64,000 bases of DNA from Candidatus Moraniibacteriota bacterium (GTDB lineage: Bacteria > Patescibacteriota > Minisyncoccia > Moranbacterales > UBA1568). The notes beneath the pieces are model-generated. The model made no database searches. It was given only the letters and a program-made list of their open reading frames with translations, and was not told the DNA's origin. The DNA lies in assembly GCA_028688415.1 (NCBI GenBank), contig JAQTYF010000001.1, forward strand, positions 464,627 to 528,626. Direction: 5' to 3'. Positions 1-9,617 of the stretch are shown piece after piece. Made by a program: the position numbers and the translations under genes. Positions within the stretch are counted from its first letter, which is position 1. Every line of letters begins with the position of its first letter.

Positions 1-310
1 GAACTTCATCATAATTCCCGAACATGAGTTCGTAGATACCAAGACGGAGAATATTTCGATCGATAACCGTGATTTGATCAATAGGCCACTCTGGAGCACA
101 TTTTTCTATCAGTTTGTCGATAGTAGACCGTTCGAGAAGTGTCCCTTCCATCAAGTGTTCAGCAAAAATAGACTCTTCCATTCCAGGAGCGAACTCAGCG
201 ATGTTTCGTTTCAAAACCTCACGAGATTTGTCATCGTGCTTACCCTGAAAATCCCACTCGAAGAGGGATTGCATCGCGACTGATCTTTGAAGGTGCCTGT
301 TTGCCATTTT
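1..310 (-). CDS. nusB: Transcription antitermination factor NusB, partial (runs off window start)
   Basis: Reverse-strand translation from ATG at 308-310 gives MANRHLQRSVAMQSLFEWDFQ...IDRNILRLGIYEL, which matches NusB family signatures. No stop within the window, so it is absent from the ORF track. Confidence 0.6.
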
Positions 311-373
311 TATTGAAAAAGCTGAAGAAAATTCTTGCCTCTTTTCATTCAAAAAAGAAGGCCGCTCTTTTCC

Positions 374-586
374 TTAAGCAGCTTGTTTTGTTTTTTCGGA
401 TTTGAGTTTTGGAGCCATATCGATCATTTCTTTCCCCTTGTAGGTGCCACAAGTAGGGCAAACACGGTGAGAAAGCACACGAGCTTTGCATTTTGGGCAT
501 TCTTGGGTATTGATCAATTGGACATCATACTGCTTACGAGCACGGTCACGTCGATGATGGGTATGTCTCTGTTTTGGGTTTGCCAT
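374..586 (-). CDS. rpmF: 50S ribosomal protein L32
   Basis: 70 aa basic protein MANPKQRHTHHRRDRARK...ECPKCKARVLSHRVCPTCGTYKG, a typical L32 zinc-ribbon motif. Confidence 0.85.
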   Translation of the reverse strand: MANPKQRHTHHRRDRARKQYDVQLINTQECPKCKARVLSHRVCPTCGTYKGKEMIDMAPKLKSEKTKQAA

Positions 587-676
587 ATCAGTAGAAAATT
601 ATTAACATTCCCACTATAACATCCCTTTTCACTTTTGGCAAGAAGATGATAGACCAAATCACAAAACTCAATACAC

Positions 677-781
677 AAAAACCAAACAGAACACAAATTC
701 CAACGCTCAAAGCACAAATTCTCGTCTGCACACGTTTTGGTTCTGTGTTTTGAATATTTGTGCTTTGTTTGGTTTTTGTGC
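677..781. repeat. Imperfect AT-rich palindrome (ACACAAAAACCAAACA.. / ..TGTTTGGTTTTTGTGC)
   Basis: Arms around 677-702 and 756-781 are near reverse complements. It lies between rpmF and the duplicated rnhB end. Confidence 0.4.
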
Positions 782-796
782 TTTAAAAATTGTGTT

Positions 797-855
797 TTAT
801 CTCTTCTTCGGTTTGAGTACATTCGCGAATCGTTTATTCACATTTTCAGGAAAGA
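797..855. repeat. Direct repeat copy 1: duplicated 3-prime end of rnhB (encodes ..PENVNKRFANVLKPKKR-stop on minus strand)
   Basis: Nucleotide identity of about 38/40 with 2814-2858. Minus-strand translation reproduces the last 18 aa of RNase HII with 7 synonymous codon changes. Confidence 0.8.
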
Positions 856-2797
856 CGAGCTCATTCTTTATTCACCTTTTGGAGGAAAATGCTCTTTTAT
901 CTTTTGTACAAGATCAGGATGATAATGTTCTGCTTCTTTACTTCTCGTTTTCTGTTTTTCGAACCATTCTGGATTTGCAACTCGAAATTGTTCTACAAAT
1001 TTTTTGATAGATATATGACTTGAAGATATTTTACCCTGAAGACTTCTAGCGCTTTCCCATCCCTCCTTCTTTTGTGGAATAGATGTGAAATGTTCCATTA
1101 TTTTCTCCACTAATTCGGGATGATAATGTTCTGCTTCCATATTTCTATTTTTCTGTTTTTCGAACCATTCTGGATGTGCAACTCGAAATTGTTCTACAAA
1201 GATTGCGATAGGTTTATAATCTGAAGATATTTTATCACGAAGACCATTAGCGCTTTCCCATCCCTCCTTCTTTTGTGGAATAGATGTGAAATGTTCCATT
1301 ATTTTCTCCACTAATTCGGGATGATAATGTTCTGCTTCTTTTCCACTTGCTTTCTGTTTTTCGAACCATTCTGGATGTTCAACTCGAAATTGTTCTACAA
1401 AGATTGCGATAGGTTTATAACCTGAAGATGTTCTATTACAAAGACTGCTGGCGCTTTCCCATCCCTCCTTCTTTTGTAGAATAGATGTGAAATGTTCCAT
1501 TATTTTCTCCACTAATTCGGGATGATAATGTTCTGCTTCTTTAGAGTTCGTTTTCTGTTTTTCGAACCATTCTGGATGTTCAACTCGAAATTGTTCTGCA
1601 AATGTTTTGATAACATAGAAATCTGCGATCTTTCTGTTGTGGAAACTCCCCGCGCTTTCCCATCCTTCTTTCTTTTGTGGAACAGATGTGAAATGTTCCA
1701 TTATTTTCTGCACCAAATCAGGATGATAATGTTCTGCTTCTTTGCCTCTCGCTTTCTGTTTTTCGAACCATTCCGGATGCTCAACTCGAAATTGTTCTAC
1801 GAATGCCATGATAGATTTATAATAATCTGAAGATATTTTTCCCCTAAGACCACTGGCACTTTCCCATCCCGCCTTTTTCCGAGGCACCTCAACTCGTGGC
1901 ACAAAATCAGATTGAGGAATATTTACTGTAGTTTGTTTTTCTCCTTCATCTTTACTATTTACCTCTGCAAAAAACTCCTCTGTAAGATAAGCAACCATCT
2001 TCTTCCTCCAAAGAGGACTCTGGATGAGTCGTCTGCCTGCTTCTGGAGTCTCTTTGATCAAATCATTGAATGCATTTTTGTTTCGAACATCAAGTTGTTC
2101 AATCGGAACAGCAAGAACTTCTGTATCAAGGATATATGAAGCATTTCCTTCTTCTTCACAAAGATAGACGACTCTATTCAAAGACTCTATCAAGACTCTG
2201 TAGTAGGGGTGCTGTCGCATCATTTCATCTGTTGTGGTTCCTTCTGTAATACGGATAGATGTTTCTTCTCCTTCTTGTGAAAGAGTGTAACCAAGGTCAT
2301 TTTCGAGTATATAGAGGAGGGTAAGAAGACGTGGTATGAGTTTTTTTCGTTCCACTCCAGCACCTGATCCAGAAATAATGCCGCCTTTTCCTTCTTGAGG
2401 AGGAAGAATGACTGTGTCTCTCATCTCTGTCTGTGAAACAATGAGGTTCCGTAGCTGTGTCATAGTTTGCTCTCTTTCTGAGACAGCCTGAAGGGTTTCT
2501 GTGACATCGGGGATGTTCATTGCTTGTAGAGCTCTGTTTTCCACTTCTGCATCTACAAGAGGAATGACACTCTGTGTTTTTTTGTATTCAGTCACTGCTT
2601 TTTCAATCAATACTACAAGCTCATTTAATGTAGTATCAAAAAATGTCTGGACATTCTCAGGAGAAACTGAAGTGCTCAGTATTTTTTGATAGATTTTTTG
2701 GAGTTCTACTTTCAACTGTTCTTTGGGTGGTTGGAATTCGAATGAGGGCATAACGGATAGAAAGATATTATTAAGTTTATCATAACACAGAAAATCT
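856..2797. mobile_element. Candidate single-gene insertion between duplicated rnhB 3-prime ends
   Basis: Bounded by the direct repeats at 797-855 and 2798-2858. The only cargo is the 651-aa repeat-protein gene. No recombinase inside. Confidence 0.4.
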
Positions 2798-2823
2798 TTA
2801 CCGTTTTTTTGGCTTGAGTACAT
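868..2823 (-). CDS. Hypothetical protein with a roughly 300-aa N-terminal domain and 5-6 C-terminal tandem repeats of about 67 aa (HPEWFEKQK...EAEHYHPELVEKIMEHF...KKEGWESA)
   Basis: 651-aa ORF. DNA periodicity is about 200 bp between 870 and 1900. The first 26 nt overlap rnhB, so the true start may be the internal Met near 2751. Confidence 0.6.
   Translation of the reverse strand: MYSSQKNGKDFLCYDKLNNIFLSVMPSFEFQPPKEQLKVELQKIYQKILSTSVSPENVQTFFDTTLNELVVLIEKAVTEYKKTQSVIPLVDAEVENRALQAMNIPDVTETLQAVSEREQTMTQLRNLIVSQTEMRDTVILPPQEGKGGIISGSGAGVERKKLIPRLLTLLYILENDLGYTLSQEGEETSIRITEGTTTDEMMRQHPYYRVLIESLNRVVYLCEEEGNASYILDTEVLAVPIEQLDVRNKNAFNDLIKETPEAGRRLIQSPLWRKKMVAYLTEEFFAEVNSKDEGEKQTTVNIPQSDFVPRVEVPRKKAGWESASGLRGKISSDYYKSIMAFVEQFRVEHPEWFEKQKARGKEAEHYHPDLVQKIMEHFTSVPQKKEGWESAGSFHNRKIADFYVIKTFAEQFRVEHPEWFEKQKTNSKEAEHYHPELVEKIMEHFTSILQKKEGWESASSLCNRTSSGYKPIAIFVEQFRVEHPEWFEKQKASGKEAEHYHPELVEKIMEHFTSIPQKKEGWESANGLRDKISSDYKPIAIFVEQFRVAHPEWFEKQKNRNMEAEHYHPELVEKIMEHFTSIPQKKEGWESARSLQGKISSSHISIKKFVEQFRVANPEWFEKQKTRSKEAEHYHPDLVQKIKEHFPPKGE
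870..1900. repeat. Intragenic tandem repeats, period about 200-204 bp, about 5.5 units
   Basis: The recurring motif gctttcccatccctccttcttttgtggaatagatgtgaaatgttccattattttct.. appears near 1051, 1251, 1453, 1654 and 1856. Confidence 0.8.
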
Positions 2824-2858
2824 TCGCGAATCGTTTGTTCACATTCTCAGGAAGAGCG
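2798..2858. repeat. Direct repeat copy 2 (authentic rnhB 3-prime end)
   Basis: Matches 797-855; see copy 1. Confidence 0.8.
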
Positions 2859-3514
2859 AGAAGGACGGGGCGGAATGACATTCGATGGATAGGACACGGG
2901 CCGAGATGACGCAGGGCATCCATATGGACTTTCGTCCCATAGCCTTTGTGCTGTGCGAATCCATACCCCGGATATTCCTTGTCCGCTGTTTCGATGATGC
3001 GATCACGAGTCACTTTCGCGATGATAGATGCGGCAGCAATCGATTTCACAATACCATCCCCTCCTACCACCGCTTCTTGTGACGATGAATAACTCGGAAT
3101 AAGCTGATTACCATCAACCAAAAGATGAGTGTTTCCTACTGATTCACGAGGGAGTTGTTTCGTCAGTTGTGACACAGCGCTTTTCATCGCGAGAAATGTG
3201 GCCTGGAGAATATTCACTCGATCAATCGTTTCGGCACTGACGATGCCGACACCGACGTAAAAATATTCATGGATAAAATCAAAAAGTTCTTCCCGTTTTT
3301 TCTCAGAAAGCTTCTTGGAATCACGGATGAGTGCAAACGTTTTGGCGAGTTCCTCTGGAATCTGGAAAGAGAGGTCTCGATAGCACACTGCCCCCGCGAC
3401 GACTGGTCCTGCGAGCGGGCCCCTCCCTGCTTCATCGATGCCAATGACAAACAAGGGTGGCTGTCCATCCCCTCGTATCAGACTCTGTTCTTTATCAAAC
3501 GTTGTTTCAAACAT
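2798..3514 (-). CDS. rnhB: Ribonuclease HII
   Basis: FVIGIDEAGRGPLAGPVVAGAV catalytic motif, 238 aa. Confidence 0.9.
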   Translation of the reverse strand: MFETTFDKEQSLIRGDGQPPLFVIGIDEAGRGPLAGPVVAGAVCYRDLSFQIPEELAKTFALIRDSKKLSEKKREELFDFIHEYFYVGVGIVSAETIDRVNILQATFLAMKSAVSQLTKQLPRESVGNTHLLVDGNQLIPSYSSSQEAVVGGDGIVKSIAAASIIAKVTRDRIIETADKEYPGYGFAQHKGYGTKVHMDALRHLGPCPIHRMSFRPVLLALPENVNKRFANVLKPKKR

Positions 3515-3595
3515 ACGTCAAGTATACCGTACATCGCAGAAACTCTCAAAAGTATCTCTCTTACACTAATAGAGTGATCCATCAAAAGAATTTTC

Positions 3596-3874
3596 TCAGC
3601 ATCCTTTCCACACTGACTGAGCAAGAGCTCTCAGATCGAAAAAAGAAGTTATGATTGTGTCGATTGGGGACTGCTTTTTTCGTAATACTGAGAGCTCTTG
3701 TGAGAGGTGGAACGATGATGAAAAATTGGCTTTTGATGGATCAATACCTATGAGATAATAAGGTTTCACTTTTTTCTCGAGAGATGGTATACTTTTCTTA
3801 CAATAAATTTCTCTGCAAAACCCATGGAGTTCCTCCGGGCTATGAGAGAACTGAAAGCAATGTCTAATACCCAA
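3596..3874 (-). CDS. Hypothetical protein (92 aa)
   Basis: ORF only; no recognisable motifs. Confidence 0.3.
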   Translation of the reverse strand: MGIRHCFQFSHSPEELHGFCREIYCKKSIPSLEKKVKPYYLIGIDPSKANFSSSFHLSQELSVLRKKQSPIDTIITSFFDLRALAQSVWKGC

Positions 3875-4033
3875 TACCTAATATCTAATAACTTGCCCCG
3901 CTCTTTTTATTGCGTGGTTTTTTAATTTTCAATTTCCCCTTTTAAACGAAGTTTTTGAATTAAAAAAAATTTGATATTGAGATATTGATTAGATATTAGA
4001 AATTAGAAATTAATAATTAGAAATTAAATTGCT

Positions 4034-7000
4034 ATGCAATTTACTCATCTCCACGTTCACTCACACTATAGCCTCCTCACGGCACTCCCGAAGCTCGAGG
4101 AACTTTTGGCGCAGGCCAAAGAATACGGCATGACATCACTCGCACTTACCGACACCTCTGCTCTCTATGGTGCCGTCGAGTTCTACATGAAGGCCAAGGA
4201 AGTCGGCATCAAACCAATTTTTGGTGCAGAAATATTCGTTTGTGAGAATCTCGAAAGCAAAAACAATACAGCAGAGGATCGTCGTCGTCATCAGCTCGTA
4301 CTCCTCGTCAAGAATGAAGCTGGCTACAAGAATTTAATGAAAATCATTTCGATTGCTCAGCTCGATGGATTCTACTACAAGGCCAGAGCTGACAAAAAAC
4401 TCCTGAGACAATATCACGAGGGACTTATCGCACTCTCAGGATCACTCCAGGGAGAAGTCCCTTCGGAAGTCATCTACGGCAATCAAGAACGAGCCAAGAT
4501 GGCTGCTCTCGAATATCAGGACATATTTGGCACAGGAAATTTCTATCTCGAACTCGGACCAAATTTCGAGTATGAGAATCAGATGATTGCCAACCAAGGA
4601 CTCATCCAAATCAATCGTGAAACAGGCATTCCAATAGTTGCCGCCTCGGATGTACACTACGTCAAGAAAGAACACGCAGAAATACAAGACATTCTCCTTT
4701 GTATCCGAGACAACAAAAAAGTGACTGACAAAGAACGTTTCAGTATGATGTCGCTCGATCTCTCGATGCGCTCGGAAGAAGAAATGACTCAGATTTTCCG
4801 AGACTTTCCAGAAGCTATTACCAATACACAAGTCATCGCCGATGCTTGTGATTTCACCATTCATCTCGGAGAAAATCACCTCCCATCATTCCCTCTCCCA
4901 GAAGGTGAGACGGCAGATACATTCTTACGTAAACTCTGTGAAATAGGACTGACGAAACGTTATGAGAGACAAACCATCACCGAAGAACAAAAAAGTCGTA
5001 TGGACTATGAGCTCGGTGTTATCGAAAAAACAGGATTTGCATCTTACTTCCTCATCGTGCAAGATTTCGTCAACTGGGCAAAGGAAAATGGCGTCGTCGT
5101 CGGTCCCGGACGTGGATCGGCAGCAGGGAGCTTTGTCGCCTATCTCACAGGCATCACCGATCTTGATCCGATCAAGTATGTCCTCCTCTTCGAACGATTT
5201 TTGAACCCTGAACGTATTTCAATGCCAGATATCGATATGGACTTTGCAGATACTCGCCGTGATGATGTGCTCAATTATGTTCGTGAGAAATATGGCAATG
5301 ATCACGTCGCACAGATCATCACGTTTGGGACGATGGCAGCACGCGCTGCGATACGCGATGTCGGTCGTGCTCTCGGATTTGCCTATGACATTTGCGACAA
5401 AACTTCCAAGATGATTCCGATGTTTACTTCTATCACCAAAGCTCTTGCTGAAGTGCCAGAATTCAAAAAATGGTATGCAGAGAATGCTGATGCGAAAAAA
5501 CTAATCGACGCTGCTATGAAAGTCGAAGGTCTCGTACGTCATGCTTCGATGCACGCGTGTGGTGTCGTGATTACGAAAGACCCTGTCACAGAATACACTC
5601 CCCTCCAACGTGTATCCGGTACTCGTGTTGGTGTTGTGACGCAATATGCCAACTCGACCAAATGCGCTGCTGTCGAAAAAATTGGTTTGCTCAAGATGGA
5701 CTTTCTCGGACTCAAAAACCTCACCATTATCCAGAATGCTCTTCGTATCATCGAAAAAACACGAAACGAAGTGATCGACATCGAAAAAATTCCTATCGAT
5801 GATGCACTCACATTCAAACTCCTTCAAGAAGCACACACAACTGGTGTTTTTCAGTTGGAAAGTTCTGGGATGAAACGGTATCTCAAACAACTCAAACCGA
5901 CCATCTTCGAAGATATCATCGCAATGGTCGCCCTCTATCGTCCAGGTCCGATGGACTATATACCTGACTTCATCGGTGGCAAACATGGAACAAAGAAAAT
6001 CGAATACCTCCATCCCTCACTCGAACCGATTCTCCAAAACACATACGGTGTCGCTGTATATCAGGAACAGCTGATGCAGATCGCTCGTGAATTGGCTGGA
6101 TTCAGTTATGGTGAAGCTGACGTGCTCCGTAAAGCGGTCGGCAAAAAAATTCTCGCTCTCGTCGTCGAGCAACGAGAAAAATTCATCGATGGTTGTATCA
6201 AAAATGGAGTGCAGAAAAAAGTAGCAGAAAAAGTTTTCTCATTCATCGAGCCATTTGCTGGATACGGATTCAACCGTTCTCACGCCGCCTGTTATGCTCT
6301 CATCGGATACCAGACTGCTTATCTCAAAGCGCATTATCCAGCAGAATTCATGGCAGCGCTTCTCACTTCTGATCAGGACAACATCGAACGTATCGCCATC
6401 GAAGTACGTGAAGCCAAAGAAATCGGTATCGAAGTACTCGCTCCTCATATCAATGAAAGTTTCGGTGAATTTGCTGTAGTGGCCACCAAAGACACCACTA
6501 CCAAACGTGTCCGATTTGGACTCAATGCTATCAAAAACGTCGGGACGGTCGTTGCTGAAGAAATCGTACTCGAACGCAAACGGAACGGAAAATATATTTC
6601 GCTCGAGAATTTTGTCGAACGAGTGAAAACCAAAGATCTCAATAAAAAATCTCTCGAGGCACTCATCAAAGTCGGTGCGCTCGAAGGTTTTGGTGAGAAA
6701 AATCAACTCCTCGAGAGTATTGACGCTATCTTGCAATATGGGAAAAATCTCAAAACGATTGCTGAAACACATTCAAGCAGTCTCTTCGGAGAGATGACCA
6801 TGGAAACAAGTAAAATAAAATTGATTCCAGCTCTCATCGCTACCAAAAAAATGACGCTTGGATGGGAAAAGGAACTCCTCGGTCTCTATGTAAGCGATCA
6901 TCCCGTGAGTGAATATCGATCCTATTTCAACAAAACAACCGTATCGATACACGACCTCGAGAAACAACCCGATGACAGTCGTGTCCGTATCGGAGGAGTC

Positions 7001-7507
7001 ATCACTGATATCCGAAAAATTCTTACCAAGAAACAGAACACGATGTATTTTATCGGTCTTGAAGACATGACAGGACGCGTCGAAATCCTCGTCTTTGGGA
7101 AAACAGCCGAACGTACAGGAGATTCTTGGATAGACGGAGAGGTTGTGATCGTCGATGCTCGCATATCACAACAGGATGGTGCACTTCGTTGTATCGCCGA
7201 AGGTGTCGAAAAAATATCTGAAAGTACCCTCACTCAATTTGCCCGTGCTGAAGCTACACGAGCCAAAAGTACAACGAGAAAATCATCAGTAGAAGAAGGA
7301 AATCGCATTCTCATTACTATCAAAAAAGATGCTCCAGAAAAAATTATCGAGCATCTCTCCCAATGTCTCAAGACCATTCCAGCAGGTTCACAGAAAGTAG
7401 CCGTCAAAATTCAAAATGCTGTTATCGAAACAACATTTTCCATCGCTCCTACAAAAGAACATCTCATACAGTTACAAAATCTCGATGGTGTCGAATCTCT
7501 TTCGTAG
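4034..7507 (+). CDS. dnaE: DNA polymerase III alpha subunit
   Basis: N-terminal PHP domain (HLHVHSHYSLL), 1157 aa, polymerase core motifs. Confidence 0.95.
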   Translation: MQFTHLHVHSHYSLLTALPKLEELLAQAKEYGMTSLALTDTSALYGAVEFYMKAKEVGIKPIFGAEIFVCENLESKNNTAEDRRRHQLVLLVKNEAGYKNLMKIISIAQLDGFYYKARADKKLLRQYHEGLIALSGSLQGEVPSEVIYGNQERAKMAALEYQDIFGTGNFYLELGPNFEYENQMIANQGLIQINRETGIPIVAASDVHYVKKEHAEIQDILLCIRDNKKVTDKERFSMMSLDLSMRSEEEMTQIFRDFPEAITNTQVIADACDFTIHLGENHLPSFPLPEGETADTFLRKLCEIGLTKRYERQTITEEQKSRMDYELGVIEKTGFASYFLIVQDFVNWAKENGVVVGPGRGSAAGSFVAYLTGITDLDPIKYVLLFERFLNPERISMPDIDMDFADTRRDDVLNYVREKYGNDHVAQIITFGTMAARAAIRDVGRALGFAYDICDKTSKMIPMFTSITKALAEVPEFKKWYAENADAKKLIDAAMKVEGLVRHASMHACGVVITKDPVTEYTPLQRVSGTRVGVVTQYANSTKCAAVEKIGLLKMDFLGLKNLTIIQNALRIIEKTRNEVIDIEKIPIDDALTFKLLQEAHTTGVFQLESSGMKRYLKQLKPTIFEDIIAMVALYRPGPMDYIPDFIGGKHGTKKIEYLHPSLEPILQNTYGVAVYQEQLMQIARELAGFSYGEADVLRKAVGKKILALVVEQREKFIDGCIKNGVQKKVAEKVFSFIEPFAGYGFNRSHAACYALIGYQTAYLKAHYPAEFMAALLTSDQDNIERIAIEVREAKEIGIEVLAPHINESFGEFAVVATKDTTTKRVRFGLNAIKNVGTVVAEEIVLERKRNGKYISLENFVERVKTKDLNKKSLEALIKVGALEGFGEKNQLLESIDAILQYGKNLKTIAETHSSSLFGEMTMETSKIKLIPALIATKKMTLGWEKELLGLYVSDHPVSEYRSYFNKTTVSIHDLEKQPDDSRVRIGGVITDIRKILTKKQNTMYFIGLEDMTGRVEILVFGKTAERTGDSWIDGEVVIVDARISQQDGALRCIAEGVEKISESTLTQFARAEATRAKSTTRKSSVEEGNRILITIKKDAPEKIIEHLSQCLKTIPAGSQKVAVKIQNAVIETTFSIAPTKEHLIQLQNLDGVESLS

Positions 7508-7585
7508 TCACTTGACCTTTTGTACGAAAAACGCTATAAAAAGGTATTCTTTAACAACTTTCCACATTCTACAAGGAGCATTATC

Positions 7586-8308
7586 ATGAATAATGAACGA
7601 CCTCTCATGGCTATGACTCTGAGATCGAGACATCAGGTGCCTCGTTGGTATTCTCTCGCCTCAATTCACAATCCACATGGACTGGAACTTTTTGTTCACT
7701 TCGAGACATGGCAAAGAATGCTTTCTTTTTGTGAGACAGAAATACAACCAAAAAACTTTCAAGTAAAAACGAAGGGGTACGATCTGGTCAATGTCAAATT
7801 TCCTTTCCCTGCTGATTGGTCAGGAGATGATTGCAAATCACTTCAAAAAACTCTCTCTGTCTTATTTGGTGCGTTGGACTCTGTAAGAAAAGATACTCAA
7901 TCGGACAAGTTTCAGCTTGTCACTTACGGAATCATGCGGTCAGTCAACGAATTGAAGGGATATGTACTCGATGCCTATATTTCGTATGAAATGAAATGTC
8001 TCCTCGCAAATAATAGGGACAAGGCAAGTGAGATCGCAACTGAGGCCATGAGAAAAGCCGTACGACGTCTCCATCATCCAGTAAGGCCGGAAGAATTCAA
8101 AGCCTTCGTTGATCAAGAAGGGTTTTTATGTTTATATGTCTCTGATGGTGGTGGAACTTTCTTGGGTGCGGACTACAGAGACAGAGAGCTCTCTTCCGAC
8201 AGACCTGTCGGGTATAGCATGACAGGAGACAATATTGATTCTCCTTCTTCTCAACTCATTTTCCTCTCCGCCCTCGCTGCCATCTCTGCCTGGGGTGATG
8301 AACAATAA
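7586..8308 (+). CDS. Hypothetical protein
   Basis: The ORF spans 7520-8308; the start is probably at MNNERPL. No recognisable domain. Confidence 0.4.
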   Translation: MNNERPLMAMTLRSRHQVPRWYSLASIHNPHGLELFVHFETWQRMLSFCETEIQPKNFQVKTKGYDLVNVKFPFPADWSGDDCKSLQKTLSVLFGALDSVRKDTQSDKFQLVTYGIMRSVNELKGYVLDAYISYEMKCLLANNRDKASEIATEAMRKAVRRLHHPVRPEEFKAFVDQEGFLCLYVSDGGGTFLGADYRDRELSSDRPVGYSMTGDNIDSPSSQLIFLSALAAISAWGDEQ

Positions 8309-8385
8309 TCGGTCGAAAAAACTTTGAGAGTCTGACCAACTCTCTTTTTCTTTGCCAAAAATGAAAACTGTGACATACTATCTGG

Positions 8386-9411
8386 ATGAAAAAAATGTAT
8401 GATAAAACTATTGTGATCGTCGGACCGACGGCTTCTGGGAAGTCGGATTTGGCTATTGCTCTGGCAAAAAAATATAATGGCGAAATCATCTCCGCCGATA
8501 GTCGCCAAGTCTACCGTGGAATGGATATCGGAACGGGAAAAGTGATCCGTGACAAAGTCGTGAATCATTCTGAGCTTGTCGAAGGGTCTTCAAAAAAAGA
8601 AGTGTTCTTTTCAGAGGGAATTATTCATCATCTCCTCGATGTGGCCAGTCCTAAGAGGACATACAATGTCACCCACTTCGTCCGTGATACGAAGAAAATT
8701 ATCATTGATATTCGTAACCGAGAAAAGATACCTATTATTTGTGGTGGGACAGGATTCTGGGTGCAATCATTCATCGATGGCACTCTCTTCCCGGTCGTCA
8801 AACCAAACACACTGTTACGGAAAAAACTCAGCAAACTTTCCGCGGAAGAACTCTTTCTCTTACTCCAAAAAAAGGATCCAAGCCGGGCACAAAATATTGA
8901 TGCAAAAAATAAAGTCCGTCTCATTCGCGCTCTCGAAATCTGTGATGCTCTCGGGACAGTCCCTACTCTTCGTTGTCTTCCCCGACTTGATCGGGGATCC
9001 ATGGATTCCCGTCTTCCTGCCCGAATCGCTACGCGAATCGTTGCGGGCGGGCACGGGAATGACACAGTGATTATTGCTCTCTGTCCACCACAAGAAACAC
9101 TTCATAAAAATATCGAGGCTCGTCTCGAAAAAAGACTCGCACAGGGTATGATTGCCGAGATAGAAACACTCCGCGCAAACGGTATCAGCTGGAAGCGACT
9201 TGAAAGTTTTGGACTCGAGTACAAATATGTCGCACTTTTTCTCCAAAAGAAAATCGCCCTAGAAAAAATGAAAGAGCGTCTCAATTTTGAAATCAGACAC
9301 TATGCAAAACGTCAGATCACTTGGCTCAGGCGATGGGAGAAGATGGGTGCCACCATTCACTGGGTCACCAAGCCGAAAGAAGTTACTGAAATTCTTAAAA
9401 AAAACACATAA
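8386..9411 (+). CDS. miaA: tRNA dimethylallyltransferase
   Basis: IVGPTASGKSDLAIALA P-loop and SADSRQVYRGMDIGTGK, which is the MiaA signature. Confidence 0.9.
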   Translation: MKKMYDKTIVIVGPTASGKSDLAIALAKKYNGEIISADSRQVYRGMDIGTGKVIRDKVVNHSELVEGSSKKEVFFSEGIIHHLLDVASPKRTYNVTHFVRDTKKIIIDIRNREKIPIICGGTGFWVQSFIDGTLFPVVKPNTLLRKKLSKLSAEELFLLLQKKDPSRAQNIDAKNKVRLIRALEICDALGTVPTLRCLPRLDRGSMDSRLPARIATRIVAGGHGNDTVIIALCPPQETLHKNIEARLEKRLAQGMIAEIETLRANGISWKRLESFGLEYKYVALFLQKKIALEKMKERLNFEIRHYAKRQITWLRRWEKMGATIHWVTKPKEVTEILKKNT

Positions 9412-9617
9412 AACGTTCAGATACTTTTCTCAAAGTATCACTCACATTTTTTCACAAGAATTTTTCTGGAGGAATTGGAGGGTTTTCGAGCATGGTTCCG
9501 GTCGTTTCGACCGGATCGAAAAAACTCCATTAAGAGAAGTCCGTCGCTGGACGGACGGAATGACCTCCAGGAAGATTGCTTGTGATAGAAATGTATTACT
9601 TACAAATAGAAAAATCA

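Noticed and set aside
870-1900. Regular roughly 200-bp tandem repeats that could be mistaken for a CRISPR-like or satellite array
   Set aside because: They lie entirely inside one long ORF and translate into near-identical 67-aa protein repeats. The period is far longer than a CRISPR repeat plus spacer and no cas genes are present.
4442-7233. Multiple 100-180 aa minus-strand ORFs inside dnaE (4442-4879, 5501-6013, 6239-6772, 6922-7233)
   Set aside because: They are antisense to a well-supported 1157-aa dnaE gene and so are shadow ORFs.
8576-9246. ORFs antisense to or overlapping miaA (8576-9070 plus strand, 8628-9065 minus strand, 8860-9246 minus strand)
   Set aside because: They lie within the well-supported miaA coding region and so are shadow ORFs.
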